DNA of 63,665 bases, counting the filler, from Olpidium bornovanus S191 (Eukaryota > Fungi > Olpidiomycota), in assembly GCA_017911155.1 (NCBI GenBank). It is 31 parts of 31 records of this genome, joined end to end, with 100 filler letters (N's around TTAATTAATTAA, not from the genome) between each part and the next. Parts side by side here need not be neighbours in the genome. Positions count along the whole stretch, not along the records: positions 38,492 to 39,578 come from JAEFCI010002106.1; positions 39,679 to 41,143 come from JAEFCI010011253.1; positions 41,244 to 42,247 come from JAEFCI010011401.1; positions 42,348 to 44,942 come from JAEFCI010002705.1; positions 45,043 to 46,434 come from JAEFCI010013152.1; positions 46,535 to 48,130 come from JAEFCI010009509.1; positions 48,231 to 49,566 come from JAEFCI010009604.1; positions 49,667 to 51,666 come from JAEFCI010000195.1; 23 more parts are not named here. The stretch is one strand, 5' to 3'. Position 1 is the first letter of the stretch. Each line of letters begins with the position of its first letter. A program made the position numbers and the translations under genes. Of this stretch, positions 38,492 to 49,945 are shown piece after piece. The notes under the pieces are model-generated. The model did no database searches, was not told the origin of the DNA, and worked only from the letters and a program-made list of their open reading frames with translations.

Positions 38492-39010
38492 ACACGCCAG
38501 GCAAAACAAACCTGGTCGCCGACATCTTGTCCCGGCGTCCGGACTTTGCACCAAACTGTCCAAGATGCCGAACCAAGATCCCCGTCTCTGAGCATGAGCG
38601 GGCCGCCGGTATCATCGAGATTAGTGACGTCCGTGACACCGTGCGTCAATACATGGACGAAGACGCATACGCCAAGTTCGCCCGTCACCATGTGTCGAAC
38701 CAGCCGAATTCGCGCAGAGCGCGACAATTCGTGCTGAAGGGCCAGCTCCTTTATCACGGAGAACGGCTATACGTACCAGACTGTTCGAGCGTATGGCAGG
38801 AGGACGGCACTGAGGTAGGACAGGTGGAATCGCCAGACAGAGAACAGACAGTCCAGTTCCAGGTCGTGGACCCCGCAGACACCAGGCACCGCGTGTGCCT
38901 GCGTCAGAGGCCGAGAGAGGTCTCGAAGGGGCTCCAGGAGGAGTTGCGCCGTCAGGAGGAGGCGGCCGGTTTTCAGGCGACCGCCCCCTAGCCTTGGAGG
39001 GGAGGGGGTC
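38492..39010 (+). mobile_element. Ty3/Gypsy pol remnant (RNase H end to pre-integrase region), apparently internally deleted, ending in a purine tract
   Basis: PGKTNLVADILSRRPD; GQLLYHGERLYVP; PPT-like GGAGGGGAGGGGG at ~38996-39008. Confidence 0.75.
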
Positions 39011-39093
39011 AGCACGGGAAAACCCAAGGAGGTGTCCGGACGGGGAAGGAGCTGGAGGGCCGAAGAGGCAAGGAGTAGTCGAAGGCGGGTTCG

Positions 39094-39578
39094 AAAAAGA
39101 AGATTCGCACGTCGCAAAAAAAAGAAGATTCGCACGTCGCAAAAAAAAAAAGATTCGCACGTCGCAAAAAAAAACAAGAAGATTCACACGTCATAAAAAA
39201 ATGAGGACTCGCACCCTCCAAAAAAAAGAAGATTAGCACTCGCAAAAAAAGAAGATTTGCGCGTCGTAAGAAAAAGAAGATTCGCACGTCGCAAAAAAAA
39301 AGAAGATTCGCGCGTTGCATAAAAAAGAAGATTCGCAGGTCGCAAAAAAAAAAAAGTCGCACATCGCAAAAGTCGCAAAAAAAAAAGAGATTTGCACGTC
39401 ACAAAGAAAAGAAGATTCGCATGTCGCAGAAAAAAGAACATTGCACGTCCCAAAAAAAAAAGATACGCACGTCACCAAAAAAGAAGATTCGCACGTCGCA
39501 AAAAAAAGAAGATTCGCAAAAAAGAAGATTCGCAAAAAAGAAGATTCGCACATCGCAAAAGTAAAGAAGAAGATTCGC
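39094..39578. repeat. Minisatellite of ~22-26-bp units, consensus A(5-9)GAAGATTCGCACGTCGC, roughly 20 copies, running into the contig end
   Basis: Core GAAGATTCGC repeated head to tail with variable A-runs; no unique spacers. Confidence 0.92.
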
Positions 39579-41243
39579 NNNNNNNNNNNNNNNNNNNNNN
39601 NNNNNNNNNNNNNNNNNNNNNNTTAATTAATTAANNNNNNNNNNNNNNNNNNNNNNNNNNNNNNNNNNNNNNNNNNNNCATGGCAAAACGGCAACTTTCG
39701 CGACGACGGAAACTGCAAGTACGGCACGCACGACCACGACGACGACGCGCAGGATTAAGTCCGATCCGGACTTCGAGGAAATCCCGCCGCCGACCCTTGA
39801 ATCGTTGATGCTGAGGATGCAATCGCGAGTGGAACTCCCTGTCCCGGCCCATCAACGGCAGCGTTGTCCGGCGAAATACGACGAGAAGCTGATGACAGCA
39901 ATGTCAACAACACGCGCAACCGGGCACTCTAGGTCGCCGAGGTCGTTGACGGCGGGATGGCGGCCTGCTTTTTTTTTTTTTCGTTTGCGACGACAGCAAT
40001 GGATTTTGAGGGCGATAAGTCTCGCGACCATTACCAGCCGAGCGCAGATCAAAGAAGCGGCAGTCGCCATGTGAGACGGTGGCTGCGAAAAAGGCATGAT
40101 CTCTGGCCCCATGTAATACGAGGCAGTGCCCGTGCTCAACGTGAGGGGAAAAATGGGGGACCCAAGCTTGATTCGAGGTACTCGACATTATCGAGCCGCC
40201 ACCGTGAGTGCAGGGAATCACCGTAAGTGCAGGGGGTCTCCAGGTCGAAGACAGAAGTCATCGAGGGTAGCGGGCGAAGGGAAGGCGGATTCGTCGAAGC
40301 CGAACGCCGGCTGCAATAGTCGGCCAGCCGTGTGGTCGCAGGGAAACGCGGCTCGTGACCTGAAGGGCGCAAGCCTGTCTGACTTGCGCCGCATGATCGT
40401 CAATTAGATGAACGCGGCGTAAAAGCTTGCGAGATAAAGGCAGATGTGGAAGAAGACTTCTGAGTATATCGGTGCGGCGCCTGCTGAGAAGTCAGTTGAT
40501 TTAGCTTGGGGCCCTTATCTAATCAAGCGAAAGGGATCAGCATGGACTGGGCCAGAGTGCGCCTGGCAGAAACCACCGAGCCTCCAGCTAGCACTGCAGG
40601 AAACAAACCGGCGCCTGGCCCGGCTCAGAGGAAGAGCTTGCGGAGGGAATCCAAGAGCAAGTCGCTGGAGGAGGCGAGCAGGGAGAGTCGGGAGAATACC
40701 GCCGCCTGCCTCGAGGTCGTGAAGCGAGAGCCAATCTTACACGAGCGCCCGGGGATTCCTGAGAGTGGAGAATGCCGTGTACTCGAGCCAGTTTTGGCAA
40801 CGGACCCTCTCGTGGGAACCGGCGTTGCCAATGTCGGGGCTCGAAAAGGGGGGTCACGCGGAAGTCAGGCTCGGCGTGGGCGTGGAAGCGATCCAGCAAC
40901 AGCCGCGGCTAAGGCAGTTTCTGTCCCTAAAAACGAGAATCCTTCCGGGAGCAATAGGAATCGCGGTCTTAGATGACTGAGCCGGCCTTGTCATCTGGCA
41001 CAATCAACATGTCCCCCTCGGTCATGCATCGAGTTGAAGCTGAGACTGCCAAGATCGTAATAAAGTCAAGCAGCTTTACCGAGAACGACAGATGCACGCC
41101 CGCAGCCTGCAACGGGCCCGGCGTGTCAGGGAGACTCGCTGCANNNNNNNNNNNNNNNNNNNNNNNNNNNNNNNNNNNNNNNNNNNNTTAATTAATTAAN
41201 NNNNNNNNNNNNNNNNNNNNNNNNNNNNNNNNNNNNNNNNNNN

Positions 41244-42247
41244 CGATCTCCGCCTATCAATCCTTCGCATCTCCGACTGCTATTCGTTCAGGGGTAACCC
41301 CGCTGACCACGCCCGCCAAATGCGGCGAAGCACATGACTTCGGGACGGCCGATGTGCGCCAGATGCAGCCTGTGGATTCTGCTGCGAACCCCTTTTTGGT
41401 GCAGGAGAGGGAAACGGCACCCTGGGCGCCTGGCAAGATTGGCCCCGACTCGGGCGCTCGTCCCTCCCCCGGGCGTACTGGATTAGGGACTCCGAGGAGG
41501 ACCCCTCGCCGGACGCGAAGGACCTTTGCCATGTTGTTCGGGATGGACGAGGACGAAGTGAACAACCTGGGATTCTCCATATCGAGCGCAAATAGCAGGT
41601 GATTGTTCATAGCCGTCCCGCCGGCTTACTGTGTTGCCCCAAAAGACGGGCCTCCTGCATGGTCCGTGTCCCGCGCTCAAGTGGGACATTTTTATTTGTC
41701 AGCCTTTTCCCGGCGCGTTCCGGACTGCCGTCGCGAAGCAACAACCCGTCCGCGGGAGCGGAAGAAGACGAAGAGGACGTCATCGTTCCCGCGAACTTCC
41801 ACTTTGTTGCGCCGTCGCGGGCGTCCAGCCGACCTCCGCCCGAGCCTGAGACAGAAAGCGTCGAGGAGGAGGAGGAGAGCGACGAGGACGAAGATTTGGA
41901 AGAAGAGAAACTAGATGGTGACAAATGGTTGGACGACTGGGAGGAGGCGCTGCTCATCGAAAATGGCAAGGAGACAGAGACGGCCGAATCATCAGCGCCG
42001 TCAAACGGCGCCGAGCAAGTCGATGCCAAGGCCCATCGTGTGCCATCTGGAACGGACGAAAGCAAGTGCCCGGCAGCACATAATGTACTGTTGCTGGGCT
42101 TCAGTCCCCTTGCGGTTACGTTCAGCTTAAGCGTACTTAGCTGACTGTTGTATGTCCTGCAGGTGTATCCCACGGTAGCGGAAGTGGAGGAAGAATATCA
42201 TGACGACGAAGGAGGGCTCTTCCCGGCGGACTTCGTCCACGTACACC
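41244..42247 (+). CDS. Internal exons of an unidentified acidic, low-complexity protein
   Basis: Open frames with E/D-rich tracts (EEEEESDEDEDLEEEK) bounded by GT/AG; no family recognised. Confidence 0.4.
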
Positions 42248-42347
42248 NNNNNNNNNNNNNNNNNNNNNNNNNNNNNNNNNNNNNNNNNNNNTTAATTAAT
42301 TAANNNNNNNNNNNNNNNNNNNNNNNNNNNNNNNNNNNNNNNNNNNN

Positions 42348-44942
42348 CCACGAATCCTTATTTTGACTTTCCCGCTTGAATATCAAAGGGTTGAGAATCA
42401 ATTCCTTTCGCTGGAGCCGGTACTGGCGCAGGAGAGAGAGCACCTGCAGAATCTTGTGGATCGCCTGGGTGCGCTTCGGCCGACGTTGGTATTGGTCGAG
42501 CGGACTGTTTCACGGTTGGCGCTCGAGTTCTTGTTGAAAGCGAGAATTCCGGTGGCATTTAACATGAAACCGAGCGCCATATCGCTGATCGCTCGGTGCA
42601 CACGAGCGGACGTGTTGCAGAGCATCGACAAGCTGTCGTTATACCCGCGGCTCGGGACCTGCGGATCTTTCACCGTGCGAACGTTCGTGCATGAGTACAT
42701 TCCCGGCCGGAGGAAGACGTATTTGTTCTTCGACGACTGTCCTAAAGAGCTTGGCTGCTCGCTGGTACTGCGCGGCGCCGAGAATGGGACGCTAAAGAAA
42801 ATTAAGCAGATTGTCGGCCTACTCGTGTTCGTTGTGTATAATCTAAAGCTGGAAACGTTCCTTCTCAAAGATCAATTCGCGAGCGCGCCAATCGACCACG
42901 CGGTGCCTGTGCCTCTCCACAATGACGCCTCATCCAACCCCACTTGCGTCGGCGCCGCCCCGGCAGGAGATGCTTCCGTTGCGCAGAACGGTAAAGTCGA
43001 GGCTGGAGTCGTGCAGACATTTGAGTTGGTGGCGGAACCGGCTGTGGCGGATAGTGAAGTCGTTCAGGGAGGAATAATGGCGCCGAATTCAAGTGGCATA
43101 GTCGGCGTTGTTCCTGAAGCCCGCCCAAGTATCCGCGAGTGGATCGATCAAGTCGAAAATTACTTCGTGAACAACGAAGTGTCTGATCACATTCAGCTTT
43201 CAACGGCCATTAGCCAGCTTGCCGGCGCCCCTGCCCTCTGGTGGAACAAGCACGTTGAGAACACGCCGGAGAAAGAACGGGTTCAGGCGTGGGCAGAGTT
43301 GCGGGAAAAGCTGCTACAAAGTTTGTGCGAGCGGTCGTCGCGGGCCGTGGGCGAGAAGGCAACGGACCAGCCTACGGTAACGAACGAGGAAGCGCGCCCC
43401 GAGACTGTGGCCGGCAGCGGTCAAAATGGCAAAGAGCCTGTCATTAATGTGGAGGATTCGGAGAAAGCCAAGAACGGACCGGTGCCCCCCATGCTTACGC
43501 TGCTGTCTGCCAGCCAGGCGAGAGCCGAGATGCGGGCGTACATACGCGAAGGCAATAACTTGGAATCCCGGGTGGAGACGGCTCTTAGGCCATATGAAAT
43601 TACCATTCTTTCCGCTTCGCCGTACGTCGAGTTTCCGGCCCCGTACGTGCTGACGCGAATGCGCAAAATCCTCAACGAAGAGGAAGAGCGCGACGCGAAG
43701 GGTGCGGCCGCGCTTTGTGCGACAACCGGGCAGGCGGTCGCGCAGAGATCTTGCGACTTTTACGAGCGCCTAACGCAACTCAAGGCCGGCGAAGCTTACC
43801 TGCAGGAGAACTCCGACAACATCACTCCCTACGCCCATCAAAGCCTCGTCGTTCTCTACTTTATGATATCCACAGTGGTGAACGTTCCATGCAACCCGCC
43901 GGAATTAATGGTAATCGAGTATTACCGCGGAAATGACATTACCCTCGGGCAGTATCTCGAAAAAATGTGCTTTGAGTGCCTTAGGCCCTGTCCCGTCAAA
44001 TCATGCGAAGCTCTCCTTCGTGACCATTACCAGAGCTACGTCCACGACGGCGGCCGCGTGAACGTCAAAGTTCGGCAGCTGCCCACCCAAATTGCTGACA
44101 TGGAGGACACCATCCTGATGTGGAGCTACTGTAAAGCGTGCTCCAGCGTCACGGGTGTGGTGCCTATGTCTGAAGAATCGTGGAAGTACTCGTTCGGCAA
44201 ATACCTTGAGCTGTCATTCTACGGCGGCCAGATTGGGTTCAGGCCAGAAATCTGTCCGCACAAACTATATCGGGACCATGTGCGCTGCTTCGGCTTTCAC
44301 GGACTTGTTGTCCAATTCGAATACGAGACGGTTGACATCTGCGTAGTGGCCGTGCCGCCGATGAAGGTGTTCATCAATCCGGAAGCCAACGTGAAGTGGA
44401 AGAAGAAGGACCGCGATACAATTCGAGGGCAAGTCGTCAAATACTTTGATTCCATGCTGGCGAGGGTAAAGTCGTTCAGCGTTGAGAAAGAAATCCAACC
44501 GGTAAAGCAGGAAGCATGCCGCGCGGAGCTGACGGAATTCACGCGCCGTGCGATGGCTGACAAATCCAGCCTGCTGCAACTGTTGGCACGTGTCGACATG
44601 AGCACGCCGGCTGATGACACTCTTGCGCTACACTCAGTGCGCCGTGTCCTGCAGAAGCTCACGGAGGAGTACGAGGCGGACTTCGCCGACTTCGTCCGGC
44701 GATTCATTCAGCCGGAGCGAGACCTCAAGCGACTGACCGCCGGCCAGTTGAGAAGGCTGTTCGCGGATCGAGACTACGACCAGACACCATACCTTGCCGT
44801 GCGGGCGACACATGCTGCATTCATGCAGGACGTGCCTTTGGTCAGCCACTTCGGGGACGAGTACACGTCGGAAGAGTCCATTCCCGAGCACTGTCTGCCC
44901 AAAACGGGAACCTCTCCGACGACTTCGTCGTTCGTCTCACCG
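42348..44942 (+). CDS. FAB1: PI3P 5-kinase Fab1/PIKfyve, internal part (TCP-1-like domain end, linker with Gag-like insert, Cys-rich CCR region)
   Basis: EPVLAQEREHL...KTYLFFDDCPKELGCSLVLRG...YNLKLET; HQSLVVLY...DITLGQYLE...YVHDGGRV...ILMWSYCKAC...MSEESWKYSFGKYLELSFY...CPHKLYRDHVRCF; 875-codon uninterrupted ORF. Confidence 0.96.
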
Positions 44943-45042
44943 NNNNNNNNNNNNNNNNNNNNNNNNNNNNNNNNNNNNNNNNNNNNTTAATTAATTAANN
45001 NNNNNNNNNNNNNNNNNNNNNNNNNNNNNNNNNNNNNNNNNN

Positions 45043-45991
45043 CATGCAGCAGCGCCTCGGCGGGGTGCGTGCCGCCGCGTCCGGCAGCCTGGGGAGCCTG
45101 GGCGTGGCTGTCGGGTCCGTGGCTGTGGGCGGGCCGGGGACAGTGACCCACGGGACCGCGAAAGAGACCTCGCCCGTCTTCCACCAGTTCCTGGACGCCG
45201 TCTTCCAGATCCTGTCGCAGTTCCCGACGCAGTTCGAGTTCGACGGGCGACTGCTTGCCACCCTACACACGCACTCGTACTCGTGCCAGTTTGGAAACTT
45301 CTTGTACAACACCGAGCGGGAGCGCACGGAGGCCCGCGCGACGGCGCGCACGCACTCGCTGTGGGACATGATCAACTCCGGGCCGGCCGAGTTCACGAAC
45401 CCACTCTACCGGCCGGACGAGGACGGCGGCGAGGACGGCGGCGTGCTGATGCCGGACCCGAGCAACCTGCGGTACTGGGCGGCGCTTTTCAACCGCAGCG
45501 ACGCCGAGCTCAACGGGCCGGCGTCCGCCGGCGACGGCGACGCCCGGACGGCCGGCCCCGGACCGGCCGCTCCGTCGGAATTCCAGGCGCCCGGGGACGC
45601 GGCCGGCGCCGGACGCCGGAAGTCGTTGAGGGCAACCCGAGAGCGGCACCTGCAGCCGCATGTCTCGAGCTTCACGTCGCCGACACCCGCCCGCACGCCG
45701 GACGGCCGGCACCTGCTCGCCGTTGCGGACCTGGAGAAGGAGCTCCCGCACGTCCCAGGCGGAACCGGGCCGCCGCCGCCGCCCCGCGCGCCAGGGCCCG
45801 CGCCCGCGGCGCCCGCGGCCGGCGGCTCTCCCGGTTCTTCACCGCAGGCGCGGGCCCTCCCCCACGACGCCACTGTCGCGTCTCCGCCGGTGTCCCCAGT
45901 CGCGGACCCGGACCCGCAGCCGTTCGCACTGGTGGATCCCGACAGCAGCCTGCTGCGAGAGTTGCCGCATCCACTCTACGTCGGGGACTGA
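45043..45991 (+). CDS. YMR1: Myotubularin-family PI3P/PI(3,5)P2 phosphatase, C-terminal part
   Basis: SPVFHQFLDAVFQILSQFPTQFEF...YSCQFGNFLYNTERER...SLWD...FTNPLY...LRYW; stop at 45991. Confidence 0.92.
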
Positions 45992-48339
45992 TACTTCCCC
46001 CAAATCCCCCCCCCCCCCCCCAACCAAAAAAAAAAAGTTGAAAAACGTTCTCCCCGCGGGAGGACTCCGCCCTTGTTCTTGTTTTTGTCGTTTTCTCCCC
46101 ATTTCCTTGTCTTTCGACCCATTCTTTTGCGCGAGAAGGCACTATTCCGCACGCCCCATCGCCGTCCCACGTCAGCTATATAGCGAAGCGTGCTAGGAAG
46201 AGGGGGCAGGGGCGGGTCGGGGTTTTGCCCGCGCAACTTCCACGGTCAGCGACCGACTGAAAATCCCTGAGGGGTATTCGCGTGCTGGGAGCGAAACGGA
46301 CGTCAAAACGCCGCATGTCCCAGGGGGCGCACACCAGTCGCAACGTGATCGCTGGGGCAAAAAAGGCTCCACCATTGTGCGCTTGGTTTTGGCGTCGGTG
46401 CCCCCGGTAACCCCGACCATCGTCCGCCACCACGNNNNNNNNNNNNNNNNNNNNNNNNNNNNNNNNNNNNNNNNNNNNTTAATTAATTAANNNNNNNNNN
46501 NNNNNNNNNNNNNNNNNNNNNNNNNNNNNNNNNNCATGAATAATCTGTATTTGGAGCCGTCCCGTTCCCACCTTTCCTGCACCCGGGGAGCGGTCGACTG
46601 GTCGGTTGATCGGCGCGTGCGTGCGGTCGGTCGGTGCTGAGGAGAAAGCGGTGGCCGCCGACCTCGGCCGAGATTTATACCCGCAGCGATTGGTGGATTT
46701 TACCCGTTTGAATGGCCGCCTCCATTTGCCGGCACGCCGGATGCCGGCTAAGGCAAGAGCCAGATCACGTCAAGCTTCCTTTTTTGAAGCAAAAGACCCA
46801 AAAAACAGTGGCCGTTTCGCCAATCGCCGCATCGAGAACGGACGGGGCGGGGTAGGGTTGCCTCCTACCAAAACAACGGAAACGACCGCTTATCACGCCG
46901 TCCGCGGTGCCCCTTGGAGCTTGGATTTTCTCGTCCTCCACGAAGCAAAACTTAAATTCCTGCTTGCTCGCCTGCGGCTCCCATCGTCTGGCTTTTGCCC
47001 CGCTGGGCTCTTTGTGCGGATGGGTTTCGTGCGATGCCCCGTTTTAGGGATGGCGCGCACCGGCGCAACAATGCTGCGTTCTTCGGTTGCGACCCCGAGT
47101 TTCCCAGGCCAGCAGGGGTAGCATCGTTCTGCCAACGGGGCCCGGAGGCGGTGAGACGGGGAATAAGAGCTTCTGCGTCTCCTGCGTCTGCCGCCACACA
47201 GCTGGAAAGGAAGAGACTCGCCACGACCTTTGTCGAAGCGGGGCGACTGCCAAACGACGGGGGTGGCGTACGTGTCGCGAAAAATAGCACTCTTATCTGG
47301 ACAGCTAGAGGGAGACAAGGGCGGTGGAGGAGGAATGATGGGCTTGCGGCCTGAAACAGAGAAAGGGCGTGACGATGCGCGGCGTTTAACAGTTAGGAAA
47401 AGCGCTGCGGCGGACGTTTGTCGTTCCTTACTTGGTTCCTTCGTTCACAGTGCGTGGGCGCCCATTCTGTCTATTCCCCGCGCGAATCGGTTGCAACTCC
47501 TAGTGACGGGCGCAGTATGAGGCTCTACAGGAAGTAAATTTCCGGCAGGTTTTCGTAAGGTTGAACGTACAGAACTCTCACTGCTGGGCGAAAAGGTTTT
47601 TTTTTTAATGAAGGCCGACCGTTCGTCAGCAGACTTTTTTGGCAATCACGCGCCCTCCGACGCAAACAATCGCTTTTTTTGAAGGTCGGAATGACGCAAA
47701 GGGCGGCAGCGGGAGGGTTGCCGGAGGGGGTTCCTTTTATGGTCGAATCAGATCTTGCCGCTCGCTGCTTTTTTCCCCTGAGACTTTTCCGTTTTTCCTG
47801 CATCTCCTCGTTGCCCTCCCTTTGTTTCCGGCTTCGACTGCACCTCCGGCTGAAACCTTTGCAGCCACGCGATCTGCCGCTGCACGGTCGTCAGCCTTTC
47901 GACCAAGTCAGAGTACTCGAACGGCGTCCACGGCTTACGCACGCCGGGTTCAATAGCACAGGTGTTTTCCGCGGCTGCACGCAGCTCATTGGTGCGGCGA
48001 ATCCACCGCCATGCCCGCAGCGAACATCGCCTTGTGTCAGCGACGATCCTAGTGACCACCTCGGAGAAACGGTGCCCCGCGCTGCCACGCGTTCGTGGTC
48101 AAACTGATTTCAGAAAATCTTGTTTTATTCNNNNNNNNNNNNNNNNNNNNNNNNNNNNNNNNNNNNNNNNNNNNTTAATTAATTAANNNNNNNNNNNNNN
48201 NNNNNNNNNNNNNNNNNNNNNNNNNNNNNNCATGACCTTAACCACCCGTCCTTCTGCTGGAACTGGAACTGCTGGGGCACCACTACGTGGAGAGTAGCTA
48301 GTTGTAGACACGTGAACCACACACACAAAGGGACTCTGC

Positions 48340-49230
48340 ATCACGGGCAGGTAAACCATCTTCCCCAGCTCAGAAGTGGACGAAGGAAATAAAGCCTTGC
48401 GGTTGTTCTATATGGATGATCTGGCGAAGGCGGCCCTTAAGAAAGGCGGTCACAACATCACACCGAGAAACTTTCCAGCCATGCCGTGCGACAAGGGCGA
48501 GCAGCATGCGAGCAGCAACATGACCGACGACAGGGGGCGGAAATTTCATCGTAGTCGACGCCCGGGGCGTTGGGCGTAGCCTCGAGCCACGTAGCGAGCT
48601 TTGAACTTGTGAGCATGAAGTTTTAATTTGTAAACCCAGCCGGCCTTGAAGATCTTGCCCTGGGGCCCGCCGGGGGACAAAGTTCGTAGACACGGAGGGT
48701 GGTCATAGAATGGATTTCGGCTTCCGTTGCAGCATGCCGTTTCTGCGGCACACGCAGAGGCCACGGCCTCATCATAGGAACGCGGGTCCGGAAATCGTAA
48801 CGCGGGGAAGCAGCCGGAATGCCGGCGCCGGAAAGAATCACGGCTTCTGCCGTTGCCGCGAGATGCGGGGAGGGGGGTATGGGCCGGCGCTTACAGCGAC
48901 AGTAAGCGCGGATTTTGGACGGGCAAATCAATGAAAGATTCAGGCTCCCACGAATCGTCCTCAGGACTTATTTACCCTTTTGAGGCGCACGAGGTATTTC
49001 AGTCTCGGATCCTGGGACAAAAACGATGATTCATAAATGCGATCAATGACAAAATGGCCGTCATGATCCATGGGAGGAGTCGAAGTGGGCAAGGATCGAT
49101 AAAATCTTGAGGATCAAAGAGACGGGATTCGTCAAACACAACTTTGCAAGACTCAATGACCTTGCCCCGCCACTGGGTCCCACAGCTTGTGCCCTTCCTG
49201 TCCGCGATCAGAGTAACCGAGCATGAAATA
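48340..49230 (-). mobile_element. Degenerate Ty1/Copia pol (integrase C-terminus, then truncated RT)
   Basis: KVIESCKVVFDE; VYKLK...KFKARYVARGYAQRPG; LLALVARHGWKVSRCDVVTAFLKG...IEQPQGF; Copia order IN before RT. Confidence 0.85.
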
Positions 49231-49429
49231 TCGCTTGCCTGGTGTGGGACGGTTTGGGCCGCCGGTAGTCCCATGTTACCTCTCCCCAGCCCTCAAACCC
49301 CCCCCTCCCCACCCCCCCCGCCCCGTTTTCCCCGTACAAAGTCGTCCCTCTCATACTTTATATCCCGATACTTAATAATCTCTGCTATTTTATATGTTTT
49401 CGGATTTTCGGATCCAGGAAGCCAGAGTG

Positions 49430-49566
49430 CGTTGAGTTACGGACGCATGGCGGAGCTTTGTGAGCATTGCGGTGCTCCTCTTTGGATAGATCAAGAAGAG
49501 ATGCAGCAACTCCCGAGGCTCTGCAGCTTTTTCAGCCTTTGTAATCGTCACGACCTGCTCCTTTCC
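49430..49566 (+). mobile_element. Possible Helitron Rep/Hel N-terminal zinc-binding remnant
   Basis: GRMAELCEHCGAPLWIDQE...FFSLC resembles the Helitron GxMxxxCxxCxAxxWxxE...FxxCC pattern. Confidence 0.45.
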
Positions 49567-49945
49567 NNNNNNNNNNNNNNNNNNNNNNNNNNNNNNNNNN
49601 NNNNNNNNNNTTAATTAATTAANNNNNNNNNNNNNNNNNNNNNNNNNNNNNNNNNNNNNNNNNNNNCATGTACAGGATTACCGCCGTGTCTGTGTTGGTA
49701 GGTAGTTCCTGGTATTTGAAATCATTCAGGATCAGGCGGAAGATAATTTTGCCGGCGTGTGCGATCGTCCTAAAATTTGTCTTCCTGAACCCACGTCCGA
49801 GGGCATCACAGAGGTTTTGAATATTCGTCTTGTCGACGTTCGATGGCTTGATGCCGAGCAGCTTGATAGCTTCTGGCGACTATAATAACGCAAAGTCCTT
49901 TTGTTCAAATCTAAAACATGTGCGTCAATGTAAGTTGTCTTGATG

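Noticed and set aside
39094-39578. Possible CRISPR array
   Set aside because: Units are head to tail with only variable A-runs between them, there are no unique spacers or cas genes, and the context is eukaryotic
40444-40722. WGPYLI as an integrase GPY/F motif
   Set aside because: Isolated motif with no flanking integrase pattern; contig 39679-41143 remains unexplained
42348-45991. FAB1 kinase next to a myotubularin phosphatase, suggesting a PI(3,5)P2 gene cluster
   Set aside because: The genes are on different contigs separated by an artificial linker (44943-45042), so adjacency is not evidence of linkage
47748-48059. KPWTPFEYSDLVERLTT resembling the start of an Rsm1/NIPA C3HC domain
   Set aside because: The expected downstream CARxGW and Cys/His residues are absent in the frames inspected
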